DNA from: an uncultured Desulfospira sp.
Lineage (GTDB): Bacteria; Desulfobacterota; Desulfobacteria; Desulfobacterales; Desulfobacteraceae
Reading direction: 5' to 3'
DNA: 64,000 nt
Assembly (NCBI GenBank): GCA_963663165.1
Contig: OY760175.1
Coordinates: forward strand, 3,712,001-3,776,000
Position numbers and translations under genes: made by a program
Shown here: one piece after another, positions 59,359-64,000 of the stretch
Layout of the letters: every line of letters begins with the position of its first letter
Position numbering within the stretch: position 1 is the stretch's first letter
Notes under the pieces: model-generated
The model's database searches: none
Told to the model about the DNA's origin: nothing
Seen by the model: the letters and a program-made list of their open reading frames with translations, nothing else

Positions 59359-60360
59359 ATGCCTCGCATGGGGCATTTATCAAGAGAAATCCGATCTTCC
59401 ATCATGGGGAATGCTGAACAGATAGCCAAGTTGATATCACCGGCAAAAGACGAAAAAACGACACCCAAGAGGACACCCCCTGTCTTTCGTACAAAATTGG
59501 GTAGCCTCTACCAATGTGATTGCCTGGACCTGATGGAAACAATGGAGAATGACAGCATTGACCTTGTTTTTGCAGACCCGCCCTTTAATCTGAACAAATT
59601 ATACCCCTCAAAGATAAACGATAATCTGAAATCCGAAGAGTATTTAAAGTGGTGTGAAAAGTGGGCCCTTGAATGTGCCCGGATTTTAAAACATGGGGGG
59701 AGCCTTTTTATCTGGAACCTTCCGAAATGGAACTCTTATCTGTCTGAATTCTTGAACCATACCCTGACATTCAGACATTGGATCTGCGTGGACATTAAAT
59801 ATTCTTTGCCCGTAAAAGGCAGGCTATACCCGTCCCATTATTCTTTGTTGTATTATTGTAAAGGAGAAAAGCCGGCGACATTTCACCCGGACAGACTTCC
59901 AATGGGAATCTGCCCCCATTGTTATGGTGACCTGAAAGATTATGGCGGCTACAAAAATAAGATGAACCCTGACGGGGTTAATATCAGTGATGTCTGGCTG
60001 GACATCCCGCCGGTCAGACATGCTAAATATAAAAAGCGAAACGGTTCAAATGAGTTGTCCATTAACTTGCTGGACCGGATCATTGAAATGGCCTCAAACA
60101 AGGGGGACCTTATATTTGACCCCTTTGGCGGCTCAGGCACAACCTATGCGGTTGCTGAAATAAAGGGACGGCGATGGATCGGGACAGAAATCGGGCCCGT
60201 TGAAACGATTGCCGAGCGATTTAACCACATTCATGAAGATCAGGAAAACCTGAACAGAATCAGGAAAGATATCAACGCCCTTATTCCTGATAAATACTAT
60301 CACAAAAGAGTGGAAAAGGGGTTGTGGACCCCGGACTCTTTCAGGGAAAAAGCATCTTAA
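59359..60360 (+). CDS. N4-cytosine DNA methyltransferase, M.BamHI-like (catalytic part intact; restart codon uncertain)
   Basis: 'FADPPFN', 'CPHC...KDYGGYKNKMNP', 'PVRH', 'DPFGGSGTT'; beta-class motif order. Confidence 0.85.
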   Translation: MPRMGHLSREIRSSIMGNAEQIAKLISPAKDEKTTPKRTPPVFRTKLGSLYQCDCLDLMETMENDSIDLVFADPPFNLNKLYPSKINDNLKSEEYLKWCEKWALECARILKHGGSLFIWNLPKWNSYLSEFLNHTLTFRHWICVDIKYSLPVKGRLYPSHYSLLYYCKGEKPATFHPDRLPMGICPHCYGDLKDYGGYKNKMNPDGVNISDVWLDIPPVRHAKYKKRNGSNELSINLLDRIIEMASNKGDLIFDPFGGSGTTYAVAEIKGRRWIGTEIGPVETIAERFNHIHEDQENLNRIRKDINALIPDKYYHKRVEKGLWTPDSFREKAS

Positions 60361-60690
60361 CCGGCAACTATCCGTTCAAATACCAGATTTTTACATTTTT
60401 TACATCCCGGTTCATCGGCACCCCTCCCTGCACCGGGCTGCTATTTTGACTGGTTGTTTACCCCGGACAGGCCCCTGTTGCAATTAACAACAGGGGCATT
60501 CAAAGCGCAATAACAGCTTAACTAATTGATATATCAAAAAATAATTTTATACGCACCCGGGTGTATTTCAGATTGAAACAACCCCGGGGTTAATTAGGCA
60601 TCCGGATTTTAAGCCTGCCTCATTGGCGGAACGCCGGCATTCCCGCTTTACGACACCTGAAATTCATTTTTTTTATTTTTTATTCTTCCC

Positions 60691-60706
60691 TGGTATACAA
60701 AATGCT
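60691..60706 (+). promoter_or_regulatory. sigma54 promoter
   Basis: TGGTATACAAAATGCT, GG-N10-GC spacing, preceded by an AT tract. Confidence 0.6.
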
Positions 60707-60769
60707 TTTCCCTGTTTCTAAGAAGATCGGAGAAAAAACCTTAAACCCGAAAGAAAACAGGAGATTCTC

Positions 60770-60949
60770 ATGAAAGCCGAAATTTTTAAATCCTTGGAAG
60801 ACTTAATGACCGCCGTAACGTTTGCCGAAAAAAACCTGCATGAGGATGCCCTTATCATGATGGGCAGCCGGTCTGAAAGAAACCGGGCCCGGCAGAACAA
60901 CAGAAAAGAAAATCGCCAGGAAGATTCAAGACCCCGGATGCGCCTTTAG
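60770..60949 (+). CDS. Small hypothetical protein (59 aa; below the ORF-track cutoff)
   Basis: CAGGAG SD; MKAEIFKSLEDLMTAVTFAEKNLHEDALIMM...RPRMRL. Confidence 0.7.
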   Translation: MKAEIFKSLEDLMTAVTFAEKNLHEDALIMMGSRSERNRARQNNRKENRQEDSRPRMRL

Positions 60950-60978
60950 TCCATGCCTGAAAAGGAGAAAAGCAAACC

Positions 60979-61494
60979 ATGAAACAGGTTCTTCTGGCCA
61001 CAAACGGGGAAGCGCCCTCCCCAAAGGCCTTTTTCTATGCCGTTGACTTAAGCCAAAGGGTACGGGCCCGGTTGAGTATCCTTTGTTTCATTGAAAAGGA
61101 ACGGCTTGAGGCCCATTTGGTGAAAACCAGGAAAAAAGCCGTCGGCATGAGCCGATTTCTTGAGGATTCCTTCGCAGATGCCGGTCTTGCCCAGGGGGGG
61201 CTGTTTCTAGATGCAGATCAGGTCCAAAGCGGGGTCTGCCCCCCCCTCAAAGAAATGCTCAAGGGGAACATTACCGGTGTTGACTTGGAAGTAACCGTCA
61301 GCGGCGGTGATCCTGAAACCGACATAGAACCTTTTGTTGAATCCCATCGCAACGTCATCCTTACTATTCTGGATTCCTCAAAAAAAGGAGACAGCCCCGG
61401 CAAGAAAAAAGCCCTCATCAACCTGCTTAAACGAAAACTCGGGGTTCCCCTGGTTGTTGTGAAATCCGGCACGGCTGAGCCTTCCAACGCTTGA
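60979..61494 (+). CDS. Universal stress protein-like
   Basis: 'KQVLLATNG...AFFYAVDL', C-terminal 'LGVPLVVVK'. Confidence 0.65.
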   Translation: MKQVLLATNGEAPSPKAFFYAVDLSQRVRARLSILCFIEKERLEAHLVKTRKKAVGMSRFLEDSFADAGLAQGGLFLDADQVQSGVCPPLKEMLKGNITGVDLEVTVSGGDPETDIEPFVESHRNVILTILDSSKKGDSPGKKKALINLLKRKLGVPLVVVKSGTAEPSNA

Positions 61495-61507
61495 ATTTCA
61501 AATAATA

Positions 61508-61537
61508 CTGCCCCCCGTATCGCTCAGAGGGGGGCAG
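61508..61537. terminator. Hairpin between convergent genes
   Basis: ctgcccccc...ggggggcag. Confidence 0.5.
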
Positions 61538-61586
61538 CCGGTATGATTTCCTGTCTTAACCCGGATGTTTCATAAAACGGTTACGA

Positions 61587-62357
61587 TCAGGATTTTTTGC
61601 CCAGATTTTTCAATGTTTTTTTAATATAGGCCATGCCTTTACTGAAAAGGCGTTCCGCCCTTTCGTCGGGCGTACCAATTTCCTCGTCCTGGAGTGTCTC
61701 ACTGCACCAGGGATACAGCGGGTCTTTTGCAAATCCCTCTCCGAGCATAAACATAAAAAAAATCATGCACAAAATTCCGGGATCACCATTGATTAACTGG
61801 GTTTCAGCCTGCGCCCGGCCCCGTTGGACAAGTTCAATCAGGGCCTGGTTTCCGGCATAGTTACATTTTTCAGGAAAGATAAGCTTTAACCGGGGCAGGA
61901 TATCCGCTTCAAGGTCACCCGTGCTTTCACAGGCCTTTTCAAATTTTTCACGGCCGGCGCGTTCAAGGCTGGTAACGGCATACTCCCGGTTGGGTCCGCC
62001 AACCGTATCCAGATACGCCATGGCTTTTTCAAAAAGTGCATCGGCCCGTTCCTCCTGGTCCTCCATAGCCGGATCAGTGAGAATCTGCCCGGCCCAGGGC
62101 AACTGGCAGTCCATATCAAAATAACTGCCCAGCATAAACATCATTTCAATATAAAACTGCACCGGTCCATGGGTGGTGAGCCCATAGGTTTCAGCCCGCA
62201 GGACACCAAGCTGAACCACTTTACGGACGCCTTCTTTACCTAAGGCCTGGCTGTGGTGCGGTGCAAAGTCCAGGAGGTGTTCAATCATCCGGTCTTCAAA
62301 ATTCTTCAACACCGCCTGCCGAAGGACTTCTACCTGTTGGTTACGAATTTGCAGCAT
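61587..62357 (-). CDS. Hypothetical protein with an internal duplicated domain
   Basis: 'MMFMLGSYFDMDCQLPWAGQILTD...EERADALFEKAMAYL' repeated as 'FMFMLGEGFAKDPLYPWCSETLQD...DERAERLFSKGMAYI'. Confidence 0.75.
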   Translation of the reverse strand: MLQIRNQQVEVLRQAVLKNFEDRMIEHLLDFAPHHSQALGKEGVRKVVQLGVLRAETYGLTTHGPVQFYIEMMFMLGSYFDMDCQLPWAGQILTDPAMEDQEERADALFEKAMAYLDTVGGPNREYAVTSLERAGREKFEKACESTGDLEADILPRLKLIFPEKCNYAGNQALIELVQRGRAQAETQLINGDPGILCMIFFMFMLGEGFAKDPLYPWCSETLQDEEIGTPDERAERLFSKGMAYIKKTLKNLGKKS

Positions 62358-62670
62358 GGCTTTCCCCTATGTCGGAAATTTAAATATTCAAGAATCGATT
62401 CTGTTCCGTTTTGTACTATTAAATTTTTTCATTTTGCAATGATTTTATAAAATTTACGGTCCTTAGTGGGTTATGGTTTGATTTACTTTCCCTATCAGGG
62501 TACTATTTATTCCGGCGAGGCCTGATGGTGTCCTTTAAGATTTCACCAAGTCTTTTGTCAGCAACGCACACCGGGAACAGCAGTCCTGCCAAGTTATTCA
62601 ATATTTCAATTGATTACATAAAATATGAGTCGGCCCAACAAGCCGATCCTTTCAGGAGGCTGACCAAGCC

Positions 62671-64000
62671 ATGTCAATGTCCGGTACAAAAAAGCCGAAA
62701 AAGCCAAGCGAACCGCCCAGAGCAACTGAAACAGCGCCGGTCACAGCGCCTGTTACGACGCCTGTTTCCGCTACAACCACAACTTGTCCTATAATCAAAT
62801 ATGAACTGGTTGATTTTATTGAAATGGTCACCCGGGACGAAGAACATTGGGTAGAGGGTGCATTGCCGGAGCCCAAAGACAAGTCGGTGATTACAAAAGG
62901 GGTGACACGGACAGATAAAGATGATTCCGGTAACTTCAAACAGTACATTAATGTGGGAAGGGATATCGAAGGCAGCGACAGCCGGCATCCGGAATATGGG
63001 CGGAAAATCACCTTCAAGGTCAGGGTCAAAAGAAGTGACGGTAAGACGGAACAGCTCAGCGGGGTAAAAGTGGTGTTTAACAGCAGCTGCGAAAAAGCCG
63101 CCACCCGGAAAACGCCCGATGCCAACATATGGCAGGACGCTGAACTGACCGGCAACCAAAAATCCGGCTTCAGCAGCCAAGGCGGTGCAGACACCCTGAC
63201 CGTTTCCACAGATAACAAAGGCTGGACCCCGGCGGTAACATTTTATCTCTCCCAGTACGGCGGGGACATATTTGGCTTCACGGCCGAGTTGGATAAATCG
63301 GTTAAAACAGCAAGAAAAAGGCCGCCCAGGCGGGCCAAAAAATATATTGTCTGGCGCAAATTCTGGTATCAGTTGACCTATGGGAATTATAAATACAACG
63401 GGACTAATGATTACGAACCGCCTTCCCTGCAGCAGGCCAAAGATGCCTACAAAGAAGTGTTCGCCGAAATGGTTGAAGCCGCCGCTGCAGCCCCCCAGAA
63501 AAATGTGTTTGAAAAAGATGATCTGCCCGAAGATTTAAGAAAAAGGACCTTTCTTGAAGAGTACCAGGTCAAGCAGGGAGGCAGTACAAACGAAGTAGCC
63601 GTAATCGGCGGCCACAATAAAACCAAATTCACAGAGGCCGGGATTTACAAGAAGGATAACCCCAAAGGGACCCAGCCAAAGGCCAACCTGATTGTCTGCC
63701 AATACCAATGTGATCCCCTTGGCAAGACAGCTTTGGGGACCTTTGATGTAAAACAAGACCGCCTGGTAACTTTAGCAAAAGGTGCCGGTTCCATTGTCTG
63801 CAAACCGCCCTTGAAACCAGGTGCCCAACTGGTTGTGACGGGCAGATGGTACAAGGCAGATGGACATCAGGGAGGAAATATTGTCGATGACTGCATTGAG
63901 GTCTACAAGGAAAGGCCCTCTACCCTTACAGTCAGAGTGGATCTGACAAAAGCCACAAAACTTGACCCCCTCCATGCCCCCCCTGTTCCCACGGATGCCC
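62671..64000 (+). CDS. Large hypothetical protein, 3'-partial (missing from the ORF track because it has no stop in the window)
   Basis: AGGAGG SD. Open frame MSMSGTKKPKKP...TTTTCP...KQYIN...HPEYGR...LSQYGGD...VWRKFWYQ continues to the window end. Confidence 0.8.
   Translation, partial: MSMSGTKKPKKPSEPPRATETAPVTAPVTTPVSATTTTCPIIKYELVDFIEMVTRDEEHWVEGALPEPKDKSVITKGVTRTDKDDSGNFKQYINVGRDIEGSDSRHPEYGRKITFKVRVKRSDGKTEQLSGVKVVFNSSCEKAATRKTPDANIWQDAELTGNQKSGFSSQGGADTLTVSTDNKGWTPAVTFYLSQYGGDIFGFTAELDKSVKTARKRPPRRAKKYIVWRKFWYQLTYGNYKYNGTNDYEPPSLQQAKDAYKEVFAEMVEAAAAAPQKNVFEKDDLPEDLRKRTFLEEYQVKQGGSTNEVAVIGGHNKTKFTEAGIYKKDNPKGTQPKANLIVCQYQCDPLGKTALGTFDVKQDRLVTLAKGAGSIVCKPPLKPGAQLVVTGRWYKADGHQGGNIVDDCIEVYKERPSTLTVRVDLTKATKLDPLHAPPVPTDA

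Noticed and set aside
35500..60400. Integrase/att-bounded genomic island or prophage
   Set aside because: The clusters look somewhat more AT-rich by eye (not computed), but no integrase, tRNA, att repeat or phage gene is visible

Overview
The window comes from a sulfate-reducing Desulfobacteraceae bacterium: the 16S carries CACAGGATGTCAAACCCAG, the Desulfobacter/Desulfobacula/Desulfospira-group signature as I recall it. From left to right it holds: a 5'-truncated giant mosaic surface protein; a minus-strand tRNA-less rrn operon (16S-23S-5S); Zn/metal ABC uptake genes preceded by a His/Cys-rich RAPP-ending leader ORF; a Cpx-like two-component system; a hybrid kinase; cbiC-cbiA-cbiD; mscS; an aminotransferase; ktrBA; an island with two AprA/SdhA-like flavoprotein + ferredoxin pairs, a TRAP transporter and two IclR paralogs; wtpABC; a corrinoid methyltransferase/TRAP island whose two operons share a near-identical 32-bp promoter-operator; a decaying BamHI-like R-M system; a sigma54-linked small-protein/Usp pair; and the start of a large unknown protein. 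The most striking structure is in the non-coding DNA. The 23S gene has two intervening sequences whose stems are inverted 7-nt tandem repeats, and one encodes a four-helix-bundle protein. ORF-less 7-nt-repeat hairpins recur between chromosomal genes. Two further small repeat families occur: a ~124-bp palindrome bracketing the 23S gene, and a ~55-bp core whose ~91-bp copy splits the methyltransferase. All calls come from reading the sequence and recalled family motifs; no searches were run.
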